63,748 bases of DNA, filler included, from Reclinomonas americana ATCC 50394 (GCA_048213135.1; 4 parts of 3 records of this genome joined end to end with filler, not necessarily neighbours in it); one strand, 5' to 3'; shown: positions 34,061-46,109, numbered from the whole stretch's first letter. Notes: a model not told the origin generated them from the letters alone. Numbers and translations: made by a program.

Positions 34061-34214
34061 ATACGTAACTTGGTGGGGCCCGGAACGATCAAGCAGGTTC
34101 CGACCGGCTTGGGGCTTGGCCCCAATGCACTATAGGGGTAGCCCCCTGTCTTACCACGCAAGTGGTGGACACCGAAATTTTTTATAGGTGGGAGTCGAGT
34201 TCGCTCGCCCCGCT
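34061..34214 (+). ncRNA. U1: U1 spliceosomal snRNA with variant 5' splice-site recognition sequence (AUACGUAACUUG)
   Basis: Starts ATAC. Helix H is GGTG/CACC. SL1 is CGGAAC-[GATCAAGCAG]-GTTCCG (U1-70K loop). SL2 is GGGGCT..CCCC-[AATGCACTATA]-GGGG.AGCCCC (U1A-like loop). SL3 is TACCAC-[GCAA]-GTGGTG. The Sm site AATTTTTTATAG is at about 34176-34187. SL4 is CGAG-[TTCG]-CTCG. Order and spacing match U1. Confidence 0.95.
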
Positions 34215-34361
34215 CTCCTCTTGTGGATGATGAAGACGAAGATGTGCGGTGAGGGGAGGGGAGTGTGGAGAGAAGAGAGGGTGCTTGCTGCTTGGGAAAG
34301 AGGAGAGAGTTAGCTTCTTTTGATGTGGGTGCAATGCCAGATAGATGTTTGTCGTGTTGGC

Positions 34362-34494
34362 TGCTTGCTGGTGCTCTTCCTGTCATGGATCGCGGGATGC
34401 TCTGCGTGTTGGCCGGGATGCTTCTCGTCTTGGCTGCCTGCTGTTCGTGGGCCTTCCGCCGTGCTTGCTGGTGCTCTTCATGTCACGGATCGCG
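34362..34494. repeat. 33-bp direct repeat, two copies 100 bp apart
   Basis: TGCTTGCTGGTGCTCTTC[C/A]TGTCA[T/C]GGATCGCG at 34362-34394 and 34462-34494. Confidence 0.8.
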
Positions 34495-34673
34495 ATCGGG
34501 TGCATGCTACTTGTTGCTCCGTCCCTCCCCCCTCCCTCCCTTCTCTCTCTCTCTCTCTCCCTCGTTGCCTGTCAGTTGTAGCCCATCGCCATGTCTGTTG
34601 TTCCCCGTCAAACGGAATAAAAAAAGAAAGGCTCTGGTTGCTGCGTTTATCGTCTACTCCCTTTCCCCAAAGC

Positions 34674-35081
34674 TCACATGAGGGCGCACTTGCACCCGCC
34701 ACCGACCTCTGGCGGCTGATCGGTCCACAACTCAAACCGATCGCCATCCGACAACTCGCTGTTGAGCACCGGGTGCTTCCAGTCGGGTGTGGTGTCGGGG
34801 CCGTACTTGGCGCCATTCATCACCGCATGATGCGGCTCCCAGCACATCGGCGATCGCCTCGGATCCTCGCCAATCAGAGCGGCATATCGCTTCAGCAACT
34901 CCAACGACTCAAACAGCGTCACATCCTTCTGCGACCAGTCCCAGCTGAGCGACAGCTGGCCCGACGATGACTTGTTGAAGCCGGGCGTGTTGACGCGCGG
35001 TGTGCTGACCACAGTGATGTACAGGCGATGCAGTTGACCTCCGTCGCGCGTCGTCACACTCCGTCCACGTTGTCGACTCAT
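34674..35081 (-). CDS. Small hypothetical protein (about 135 aa) with C-terminal CaaX motif
   Basis: Intronless ORF MSRQRGRSV...EVGGGCKCALM* with coding-like GC3 bias. Confidence 0.6.
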   Translation of the reverse strand: MSRQRGRSVTTRDGGQLHRLYITVVSTPRVNTPGFNKSSSGQLSLSWDWSQKDVTLFESLELLKRYAALIGEDPRRSPMCWEPHHAVMNGAKYGPDTTPDWKHPVLNSELSDGDRFELWTDQPPEVGGGCKCALM

Positions 35082-35238
35082 GGGTGATCTTTCTTTTCCT
35101 GCACACGCACACACACGCCCCTCCTTGTGTCAGTCCAGTGCGACACGCACACGCACACGCACTCTCTCTCCTCACCGATAAAGTTGCAATTGAGAGCCGC
35201 TGGCGCGATCGACGGAATCGACACTTTTTGTGGCAACT

Positions 35239-36114
35239 ATGGAGGGCAACATGTTGCGTTCCTTCCTTGCCCATCACCCCCCTCATTCGCTCATTACTGA
35301 CTCCGCAGACTCGTCGAGTATGTGCATCACATGCGGGCGCTGGATCGCGTGCACGGTGTTCGCGATGACAACGACAAGTCGGCGAGCAGCAAGCCGCTGG
35401 TTGAGATGAGCGCTGTGGAGGCACTGGAGCGGATGAGTCGACTGTCGTGGGAGCAGGTGGTGCCACCGGAGCAGTCGCCACTGCGTGAGGCGCTGCAGGC
35501 GCGTCATCCTGATCGATGGTCGGTCGACGCGCTGCAGCAAGTACGACTGTGTTTGGCGCCAGTGGAGGAAGTGCGGCGGCAACCTCCAGAGGAGCATGCA
35601 CCTGGCATGTTGCGTATTCAGGCCGTGGTGTCTCTCTCTGTTGTTTTCGACACCGGGGTCTCAAACGCGGCCGCACAGACCGTCGCCGCTGCAATGGATG
35701 TTTCTGGCGATCAAGGAGCGCGTGTTGTCCACGACGACTTCTTCTGGGGCGCTGGAGGAGATTCGTGGATCGGTGTGGCGGCACGTGACGCAGTCGTACT
35801 CGTTCCCGAGTGTTTGTCGACGGTATTTGTCGGCATCGTCGGGCGCTGTGTTGGAGGTGCTGACGCTGGACAACCTGGATCTGCACTGCTTGATGGAGTA
35901 CTGCGAGCGGCATTGTGCGACGTTGTTCCCGCTGATGCGCTTGGAGAGTGAACGAGCCAAGGTGCACGCTGGTGGTCCCAACGATCCGTTCACATGGATG
36001 CCACCGGCGCGACTGGCCACGCGCAGCAGCGAGGCGATGGTGCGTGTGCACTTCTCGGAGGAGGAGATTCGGCAGGCGCGCGAGGAGCGCCTGCTCGTGC
36101 TGCAGCGCCTGCTC
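35239..36114 (+). CDS. Hypothetical protein, 3' end in gap
   Basis: ATG at 35239. Two GTTGCGT-AG introns (donors 35253 and 35609) join three frames into one continuous ORF. Confidence 0.6.
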
Positions 36115-36466
36115 NNNNNNNNNNNNNNNNNNNNNNNNNNNNNNNNNNNNNNNNNNNNNNNNNNNNNNNNNNNNNNNNNNNNNNNNNNNNNNNNNNNNNN
36201 NNNNNNNNNNNNNNNNNNNNNNNNNNNNNNNNNNNNNNNNNNNNNNNNNNNNNNNNNNNNNNNNNNNNNNNNNNNNNNNNNNNNNNNNNNNNNNNNNNNN
36301 NNNNNNNTCTGTGCGCAGTCGTGGTGGCATGTGGTCGAGCTGTTGCGGCTCGTTTGGTCGTCATCGTGGCGCCGTCTTGTACGCTGGTGGCTGTCGTTGT
36401 GGTCGCGATGAGATGCGGCAACGTCTGTTTACTGGTGACGGAATCAGCAAGTGCGACTCGTCCACT

Positions 36467-37885
36467 CTACTGCGGCACACCTGACGCATCAGGCATGCAG
36501 CCGTGCACGGGAGGCGTGGATGGGCCTGCAACATCATTGTCGTCGTCATCAACGCGGTCGTCATCGTCGAGAGCGGCATGCACCCGGTACCTCGCGCCTC
36601 GGCTGACGATTGTGAAGTCCGCAGTGCGATGGCAGCCGTTCCAGTACACGCTGAAGACTCCAGGTCTTGAAGTTGGGCAGATGCCATACGCTCGCCTGTC
36701 CCCGTCGTACTGTGCTGACACCAAAGCAGAAAATGCTCAGAATGAGTGGAATCCAACATGGCAGTCGACGGCATCTCACAGCCTACCCTTACGATGAGCA
36801 GCTGCTCGATGAGGCGCAGTCCGTGCGACATGTCGTCGGTCGCGAGGGCAAGTCTGCATACGTTGCGAGTGCGGCCACCGTCGACCTGGCATGTATGTGC
36901 GCCGACGCGATAGGGATGTACGTCTTCATCGAGGACAGGTACTGCTGCAGTAGCTGCTGGTCATGGTGAAGTACAAGTCGTCAGTGGTGGCAGGATGCAG
37001 TGCGCGCGCGAGTAACGGTGGTATAAACTCACGAGAGTCTCTGCGTGCAACAGCGCTTCCGTCCGCAACAGCGACAGCGGCTGGCGTCAGCGTCGTCGGT
37101 GAGTGTCGGTCTCGATGCTCGGCACAGGCGCTGGGGCCGGCCGCACTTGATGTGTCTGTGTGTGCAACAACAAAGGCAAACCGGCCCCTGTACAACTCCA
37201 TCTCATCGATCTCGAAGAGAGCAGCTCTGCCATTCTTGGCTCGCCTGAACCGAATGACGACAGGAATCCTGATTGGGTGCTCCTCCACGAAGGTAAAATC
37301 GTGAGGAGCCTCTGCTGAATCGGAATCAGTGGGCAGCTCTGTGTGAGCACAGAAATCAGTCATCTGGAGAGTCGAGGTTGCCGGGGGCACACTGACCATC
37401 ACTGCGAGTTGCGTACGACAGATGGCCCTTCGCCACGTAACCGACGACGTATTCTGCGAGGGATGTGTCAATCCAGATGTGAGCCAGCTGCGATCCATGC
37501 AGAGTGCAGAGTGCGTCGAGCATCAGTCGTGGGTACGCGTATCCGCTTGCGTTGAGGATAACGCGGCCTTCCAGGACGAGCTGTGGTGAACATGACAATG
37601 CGTCAGTTTCGGAAGGAGAGAGAGAGAGAGAGAGAGGAGAGCACTTACCAGGGTGTCTAAGATGGAGACGAGGCCAAACTGAGCATTCTGGTGTTTTTGG
37701 AGGCACTCCAACGCAGCCTCCACGCTGTCCACGGAGGGAGTGCTGCCAAAGGTCACCATCGTTCTCCTCAACGATCGATAGTTTCTCATCGCCCTCGTGT
37801 TGTGCGCAGCATCCACTGTGTCTTTGGACCCTCGGTGCCCCATCTCTCTGCTCGCCAGTCGCTTATGTAGATTGCGAATGATCAT
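36467..37885 (-). CDS. Hypothetical protein
   Basis: Successive ORF segments that can be joined by GT-AG introns. No family recognised and boundaries are uncertain. Confidence 0.35.
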
Positions 37886-38138
37886 GACTCATGCATCCTC
37901 GTCGAACAACCGGTTTTCCTCACTTGATCAATATTACTGGCCCTGTTCAACACCATAGCGCATGCAGTGGCACATCACTCACGTATCCACGCTGCCGTGC
38001 GCCAGTACCCACAAGCTGAGCACCTTTTCACAAATACAGAATATTTGCGAAAAGACACAAACCCGAACAAACTTTGATTTGACTCCGGCGAAAGGGTTTG
38101 CAATTGTGACCAAAGTGCCACTCGCAACAACAGAAAAG

Positions 38139-38743
38139 ATGGATGTGCGAGCACACAACAGTGCTCCAGACCTTTTTTATCTGCAGGTCTCGTGTTGTGT
38201 GCTCACTGTTGTGCTTGTTGTTTTGCATTGACACTCGCTGCGCAGGGACCCGATTGGTTCCACTTTGAAGCACACTGTTGCTTCCAGGGGGGTGGCAATG
38301 GCTGCTGCTGCCCTTGCTTCTGGCTCACCGTTCCACGCCGGTGCGCAGCGACGTACGCTCCGGCATGCGATCCCGTGCCGGCAGGTCATGATCAGCAAGA
38401 TGCACCGTCGCCATGCTGCGGCGATCTGTGTGGGGCAGATTGTTATCGGAATCCGGCTACTCGTCGACACTGCGCCAAGGCGCGATGCTGCCGACAGTGC
38501 TGGACGCGCCCTTGCGAGACGTGGGCCTGTTGGCTCCTCAACTACGCGTGCTGCTTCTGGGTGTTCCTGTGCTGCTTCTTCCGCAACAGTCCTCCGCAGA
38601 CGCTCGACGACATCGAGTTCGAGACAGGCGGCGACGAGTGCTGCTGCTGCCACATATGTGACACTCCTGGAGTTTCGGTGTGCAGCTGCTGGGGCGCCTC
38701 CTGCCTGCGGGGCAAGCGGGTGAGGCTGCGAGCCAACAGATCC
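38139..38743 (+). CDS. Small cysteine-rich hypothetical protein, 3' end in gap
   Basis: MDVRAHNSAPDLFYLQ|GPDWFHFEAHCCFQGGGNGCCCPCFW...LLNYACCFWVFLCCFF...DECCCCHIC, with one GT-AG intron. Confidence 0.55.
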
Positions 38744-38826
38744 NNNNNNNNNNNNNNNNNNNNNNNNNNNNNNNNNNNNNNNNNNNNNNNNNNNNNNNNN
38801 NNNNNNNNNNNNNNNNNNNNNNNNNA

Positions 38827-40407
38827 GACGAATGCTGCGCGCGATTGGCGGAAGTACACCTTGCACTTGCAAGTTGCGAGGTCGCGCACGTCGCCGTCCA
38901 CGCACTCGGAGCAAGTCGTCCACCAGGTTAGCAGCAGGGCAGTGGCGACGATTGCAGCCACAACAACGATGCGTGTCACCCAAAAGCACAACCCGCATGG
39001 CGTTGGTCGCCGGAGGCGCACTCGTTCCGGCACATGAGCGCTCATGTCGTCGGCGGGCTCGTAGCCGAGCGACATTCGCGACGACCGACAGTGATGCTCG
39101 CAGTAGCACTGCCAGCACTCTGCGCAGCCGGCTTGAACAATCGAGTCCGCGGAGCCATCCACACTCGGGCGAGTGTGCGGCTCTGGATCTTCCACGTCGT
39201 GTAGGTACGCGTATCTNNNNNNNNNNNNNNNNNNNNNNNNNNNNNNNNNNNNNNNNNNNNNNNNNNNNNNNNNNNNNNNNNNNNNNNNNNNNNNNNNNNN
39301 NNNNNNNNNNNNNNNNNNNNNNNNNNNNNNNNNNNNNNNNNNNNNNNNNNNNNNNNNNNNNNNNNNNNNNNNNNNNNNNNNNNNAGCAGGAGCTGCAGGA
39401 GAAGATTCGTGTCATGCAGCTGGAGCAGCGTGGTTTTGAGGTGCAAGTCAAGCAGCTGGAGTTGCAGTTGCAGCAAGTGACCGAAGCGAAGCGATTCGTT
39501 GCGTATTCGTTCTCTTTACGAGTGTGGTAGCGCTGTGCTGACGTTGTGGTCAGGCCGACGAGTCGTGCCAGCGATACGTGGAACAGACGCACGATCTGCA
39601 GACACGCAATCGGCAACTCGAGCGCGATCTGGAGGCCACTCGTCGCGAGTTGGCCGAGTTGAGGACGCGATGGGATGCCAGCGAGGCGCAGCGCACTCGA
39701 CAGCAGCAGATGCAGGCGGAGCATGCGGCGTCCCTGGCGTCGCTGCAGAACGAGCTGCAGTTGCAGCAGAAGCAGGCGTTGCAGTCACAGAAGCAGTTGG
39801 AGGAGCTGCGTGTGGTCTACGGCATGCTGCGCGAGGAGAAGGTGAGCGCATGTATGTTCAGCAGCTCTTGTGAGCGCGCATGCATTCTCACTCGTCGTCC
39901 TCATGTGCTCCGCAGACCAAGATGGAGGAGGCTGCACTGGTCAAGGAGGAGAGGTATCGTGCGCTCGACAAGCAGAACGAGGACGTGCGCGTGGAGAATC
40001 GTGTGCTCTCGGACGAACTTGCCGAGACACGACAACAGTTGCGAGATGCGCGCACGGAGTGCGACGACTTGAACGTGGCGCTCTCCGAGAAGACGGTGCT
40101 GGTGCGGCAGCTGCAAGACCGCGTGGAGCAGGGCCAGATCTTGGAGAAACTCGACATGGGCGAGTTCAAGCGCATGATGCGCACCAATGTGCAGGTGGCG
40201 CAGACCATCAGTCAGCTGATGGGCAAACTCGGTGCCGATGGCGAAGACGGCAACGGCGACGAATTCGACGAGTACGGTGGTGAGCAGCAACAACAGCAAC
40301 TGCAACAACAACCATCGCAACAGCCGTCGGTGCCGTTCAGGCCACCACAGCAACAACCTCGCGGTGGCAACGGTCGTGGTAGTGGTGGTGGTGGTGACGG
40401 ATACTGA
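38827..40407 (+). CDS. Coiled-coil protein; start uncertain
   Basis: Long E/Q/L/R heptad-rich exons joined by short introns. Stop at 40405-40407. Confidence 0.65.
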
Positions 40408-40884
40408 CAGGAACAGCGGTTGTTGGTTCGGTGAGAGATTTCTTTTTGTAGAAGTAGGTGTAATGCAGAGCTGATGGTTGACAATCTGGCGGTGAGGGTG
40501 GTTCGTTGCTTCAGTTGATGGGTTCGTGAGGCAGGCAAGATACAGAGTTCACTCAGCGAGATATCGATCGAAAGGTGGAGGAGAAGATAGTGGTTGCTGT
40601 TGATGATGGTTATCGTCGTTGTCGGTGTTGTGTTGACGCTGTTACCCGGCGGTATTGCGTATGGCAAAGGTGCTGCAGATCTGCGTGCACAGCAGGAGCC
40701 AACCGAAGACCACGATGTATCCGTNNNNNNNNNNNNNNNNNNNNCAGATCGCAAGCGGCCAATTCAATCAACTCGCGCGCAATACTCTGTCCCTCTCTGT
40801 CCCAGTCAATCAATCGCGCAAACAATGCTCCCGTCAGTCTCTCCGTCGCGGTCGTCGGCGGCGGCGACGGCGGCGACAGGCAAA

Positions 40885-41995
40885 ATGAGTCCACACAGTG
40901 CGCCTCCACATCAGCATGCGCGTGGTGGAAGTCCAACAGCAGCAAGGAGTGTGAGGTGAGTGCGCTGTCACCCTAATGTGTACCTCGATATCACGCGACT
41001 GGCTTTTCACGCGCTTGCATGCACGCGCACACGCAGTCCGTCTGTCATACCGCGGCACAGCATTGCCACACGCGTGGCGCTGGGTGGTGGTGGTGGTGGT
41101 GGTGGTGATGTGAGTCAGCGAGCGAACGAGCGGGGAGAGCGGGGGAATGCACCCATCGTCAGTTGTTGTTTGTCTCATCACCTGCACACAGTCGCCTGAT
41201 CACGGCTCGCCAACACGAGGCATGATGCACGCGCTGCCGCAGCGAGTGACTGTCGAGGATGTGCAAGCGGAGGTACGGGGTCACGCGTGTCTTGCCCTCT
41301 CCTGCGTCTCATCGCCTCATATCGGTGCATGCATGCATCACACACAGAGACACCGTTTGCGTCAGTATCTTGATGGCCCGGCGCTGTTGTCGCGACCGCG
41401 TGCGGGATCGGTGCCAGAGACGACGACAACAGTGCAGTTGCCGCATGTGTTGCAGAGCTTGAATGTGGTGCCGCCGGCGAATGAGCGACGGTCGGTGTCG
41501 CAGTCGCCGGTTGCGGCGCGCAGTGCACTGAGGGCGATGGCTCCCGCGCCGCTGGTGACAGCCTCGGGGCAGCTGCCGCCAATCAACACGGACGAGTCGG
41601 TGTCGCCGACCAGGGCGGCGGCGGCCATGATTGCCGCGCCACCGCCGCTATCGCCGGCCATGCTGTCGCCGAGTCTGTCGCCGTCGTCGGCGGCTGCCGC
41701 GGCACGCATGGAGGCCTTTCGGCAGCAAAAGGTGGCGGTGGCACAGGAGCTGCGCAGTGTCGGCGGTGGCGGCGGTCTGTCGCCGGTGCGGAGGAGTCGC
41801 GAGGTGCTCGGACGGGGTCGGCTCAGTGTGGAGCCGGCGTCGCCGAGTGGCGGCAGTGGCGGCAGTGGTCACCCGGACTCGCCGTCACACAGCAAGACCG
41901 TGTACCCGGCATCGGCACCCGCCGCTCCGCCGCTCTCCGTCGACGGCTTCTCCGCGCAGCGCTTTGAGCGGATGCATGACGACGATCGCGAGTGA
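40885..41995 (+). CDS. Pro/Ser-rich hypothetical protein; start uncertain
   Basis: Exons linked by GT-AG introns and a long final exon ending FERMHDDDRE*. Confidence 0.45.
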
Positions 41996-42111
41996 TATTT
42001 TTTGGGGGGAAATCTTGTGCGACATGTTGCTGCAATGCGCGCTGTCGCCGTGTACGTTGTATAACAATCATGTGGTGGGGAGGAAAATGATAATGCGTTC
42101 AAGATAAATGT

Positions 42112-42137
42112 AAAAAAAAAGAAAAAAATGAAAAAAA
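42112..42137 (-). terminator. RNA polymerase III oligo-dT terminator of the tRNA
   Basis: Runs of 7-9 T on the minus strand starting about 15 nt downstream of the tRNA 3' end. Confidence 0.7.
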
Positions 42138-42151
42138 TGGATTTGCAAAGA

Positions 42152-42223
42152 AGCCGACTGTGGGGGTCGAACCCACGACCTTCTCCTTAGGAGGGAGACT
42201 CGCTACCACTGCGACAAGCCGGC
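42152..42223 (-). tRNA. tRNA-Arg(CCT)
   Basis: 72-nt cloverleaf GCCGGCT TG TCGC AGTGGTA GCGA G TCTCC CT-CCT-AA GGAGA AGGTC GTGGG TTCGACC CCCAC AGTCGGC T, followed by oligo-T runs. Confidence 0.93.
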
Positions 42224-42335
42224 ATCATTCTATCCCGTTGAATCTAGACCCGCGTATGGTGAAACGAAGCACGCTCAAGAAGATATGTGAGTCACACAAC
42301 AAACACACACTACACAACACAGCCTCAGTGCGCGC

Positions 42336-42603
42336 ATGTGGCGACACCTGCAGCGGTGCGTGCATTCTGCGCACTCACTTTGCACGTCCTCACGCATGCA
42401 CTCACTCACTCTTCATGCACAGGTGGCGGCGATTGTTTTCGCAGGATGCTGTGGCGACAGTGTCGGCCTTTCGTGATCGCATCTGCTTGCCCAGCACGGC
42501 CTTCCCGATGCGCGCCGATGCTGCGCAGCGAGAGGCTGCGCTGGCCAAGCGGTGTACGGAGGCACTTTACCGTAGACAGGTGGGTAATGAAGAGGAGGGA
42601 GGA

Positions 42604-42647
<44 letters not shown>

Positions 42648-42747
42648 NNNNNNNNNNNNNNNNNNNNNNNNNNNNNNNNNNNNNNNNNNNNTTAATTAAT
42701 TAANNNNNNNNNNNNNNNNNNNNNNNNNNNNNNNNNNNNNNNNNNNN

Positions 42748-42787
<40 letters not shown>

Positions 42788-45700
42788 GAGAGTGATCTTT
42801 CCCACTCACTTGTCGGCGTCACCACAGGAACTCGAGTACACGGATCAGCACGTGTCGACGTCGGCATATGTGTCGACACCAGTGGTGCGTGCGGACGGCG
42901 AGGCCGCTGCTGGTAGGTCAAGTGTCGGTGTGCACACTCAATGCCATCCACCAACTGCATTCTTCCCCCGGCGCAGCTCTTCTCTCCCGCTTCCCGGGTC
43001 TGCAGATGGCTGTGTGGACCACCACACCGTGGACCCTGCCGTCGAATCAGGTTTGCCGAGTGTCGCGCCACTGCTTCACCCACTTCCATTTCGGTTCATG
43101 ACTGGTGCTTCTGCAGGCCATGTGTGTGCATCCGGAGCACGAATACTGCGTGGTGACAACTCCATCGTCGAATATGCCACTTTTGTTGGGGGTCGAGCTG
43201 GTGGATCATGTCGCCAAGAGCGTGTTTGGTGGTGCCCCACTGCAAGTGGTCAGCGAGCCCATTTCCGGCACGCATCTGGCGAACCACATGTGGTGTGCGC
43301 ACCCGTATTTCAGCACCACTGAAGTTACACACGCAGGGGGTGTTTCAATTTCCCCTCTGTCTCACTCACGTACAAATAAGGTGCCGGTCTTGTCGGGGAC
43401 GCACGTTACGAGTGACAGCGGCACGGGCATTGTGCACACGGCGCCGGCGCACGGTCACGACGATTATGAAGTATGCAAGCAGTACGGAATTGAGCCGACG
43501 ATGCGAGGTGTGGAGTCGAACGTGTCCACAATCTTGTACCCGCTCTCTCACTCTCTCTCTCTCTCTCTCATCTCATCCTCTCCGTTGCAGTGGACGATCT
43601 CGGTCTTTTCTGTCGTGGCACGGCTCCCGAGCTGGACGGCTTGGCCGTTCTGAAGGAGGGCAATGCAGCAGTGATTGAGAAGCTCAAGGCCGACGGACGC
43701 ATTCTTGCCACCATGGCGTACCAGCATCGCTACCCCTACGACTGGCGGACAAAGAAGCCCGTCATCATTCGTTCGACTCGTCAGTGGTTTGCACGCCTCT
43801 CTGATGGCTCTTCTGCGGGCGGACTGAAGGTGTGGACGAGGAGAGCGTGTGCAGATGATGTTGCGTTGCGTGCGCTCACGCACGCTGCTTGTGTGTGTGT
43901 GCAGGATGCGGCCTCTCGTGTCGTGGAAGATGTGCAGTTTGTACCGCCTTCATCTCGTGCACGTCTCGCTGGCATGCTTGGATCACGTTCCGAGTGGTGC
44001 ATCTCACGTCAGCGAGTGTGGGGTCTCCCCATTCCCGCATTTTACCACAAGGACACTGGTTTGTGCGCCCGGGTGGCGACGATGCGATTCCCCGACGCAC
44101 ACTCACTCTCAAATGCACTCTTTGCAGATGAGGTTCTGCTCGACGAATCAACCATTCGTCACCTGCAGTCCCTTGTTCGCAACCACCCGCGCGGATCCGA
44201 CTGCTGGTGGGAGCTGTCCACAGCCGAGTTGCTTCCGACCGAGCACAGACATCGAGGTCCGTGTGCGCCTCTCATACATCAGTGCCGACACTGATCATTC
44301 TCTCTCTCTCTCTTTCTCTGTGAACACAGCTGCCGAGTTTGAAAAAGGCAAAGACACACTCGATGTGTGGTTCGACTCTGGCACCTCGTGGGCCGGCGTT
44401 CTGCGCCAGCGCAACATTTTCCCGGCCGATGTGTACCTGGAGGGCAGCGATCAGCATCGCGGCTGGTTCCAGTCGTCGTTGCTTACGTCGGGTGCGTTCC
44501 AGCAAGATCACGAAAAACCACGCAGATGGTGGATGACTCACTCTTTCTTTCCCATGTCGCATGTCAGTGGCGTGCTCCGGTCAAGCTCCGTATCGTCACC
44601 TGGTGACGCACGGTTTTGTGGTGGACTCGGAGGGGCGAAAGATGAGCAAGAGCATCGGCAACATTGTGGAGCCGCACGTTATTGTGCAAAAGTATTCGGC
44701 CGATGTACTGCGCGGTTGGGTGGCATCGTCGGATTACACGGCTGATGTGCCACTCGGCGAGCAGCTGCTCAGTTGCGCCCCGCATGATGTGCATTCTTTT
44801 GCTGCTGCTGCTACCACAATACTCACGGCATCGTCTCGCAGAGCATGTGGCAGAGGGTGTGCGTAAAGTACGCAACACGTGCCGTTTCCTGCTCGGCAAC
44901 CTGCACGACTTTGTGCCCCTGGCAGTCGAGGAGCCCATCACTCATCCACACGATCGCTACATGTTGCACCTGCTGGGTGACTTTGCGCGGCACGTACAAA
45001 CCGAGTACGACGAGTATGCCTTTTCACGAGGTTTTGTGCTCTGCAGTTGCCCAGCCTCACCTTTGCACGTCGTCGTCGTCACTCATGAGGTGCGCGCAAC
45101 AGTGTGGACGCGGGTCTCCATTTTTTCGGCGTCGACTCTCTCTGCATTCTACCTCGACCTGATCAAAGACCGCTTGTACGCCGACGCACCACAAAGTCAC
45201 TCGCGACGGAGCGCGCAGCGCGTGTGTGCCAAAGTTACGTGTTTGTCATATCGGTGTCAACACTGATGCCGTGGACCTCACCGCGGGTCATCGACAGATT
45301 CTCGAGTACCTCACCAAGTCTGTAGCCCCACTGCTACCGCACTTGGCCGAGGACGTGTACCAGCACTTGCCAGCCGGAGCACAGTGGTCAAAGAAGAGTG
45401 TCGAGTCCGTCTTCGAAACAGGCTGGATTGATGCGGTTTGTAATTTCTGCAGTTGTCCTCTTGCCTTTGCCGTCTCGCTCACCCGCGATGCAGCCATCCG
45501 AGTGGACACTGGACGCCGACATGCTTGCCAAGTGGACCGCGGCACTGCGGCTGCGCGACGCCTTTTACACTGTCGTCGATGTGGCGCGCAAGAAGAAGTT
45601 GCGCTGTGTGCGGTTCGTGAGGGCATCACTTTTTCGTGAGTCTTACTTTTGCATGCACAGATTCGTGGGCAACTCACTCGAGTGCATCATGGTGATTGCG

Positions 45701-46109
45701 GCATCGGATGCAACCATTCTCGCCGAACTGAAGCAACTCGCCTCTGATGTGAATCTAGCCGATGCCGCACTTGTCTCGTCGGTGGAGTTTGCGACAGAGC
45801 CGACGTTGACTGGCGAGTATGTGGCATCGATTCCGTGGGCGGCCGACGCGACTGGTTCGTTTCCATTTTGTGGTTTCGTGTGTGCGATGGTTGCTGATGT
45901 TCACGAGTGCACCCGCAGTGTCGGTTGCTCTCACTCGCTCGACAAAGCACAAGTGTCCGCGCTGCTGGAAGCATGTGGCAGTCAAGGGTGTGTCGCACGC
46001 TGTTCTCGCCGCAGGTCACTCTCTCCAGTCCACTCATTCACCTTTCTATTTCACAGAGAACGAGCTGTGTGGACGCTGCGATGATGTGATGCGCTCGTGG
46101 AACCAGTGA
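42336..46109 (+). CDS. IARS2: Isoleucyl-tRNA synthetase, mitochondrial/bacterial type
   Basis: Transit-peptide-like [85 protein letters not shown] and a C-terminal CPRC..LCGRC zinc finger. The HIGH region is lost in the scaffold gap. Confidence 0.93.

Noticed and set aside
34061..34214. Alternative identity as U11 snRNA
   Set aside because: It has U1-specific 70K and U1A-type loops and lacks complementarity to the U12-type donor RTATCCTT. I noticed no U12-type introns in the window.
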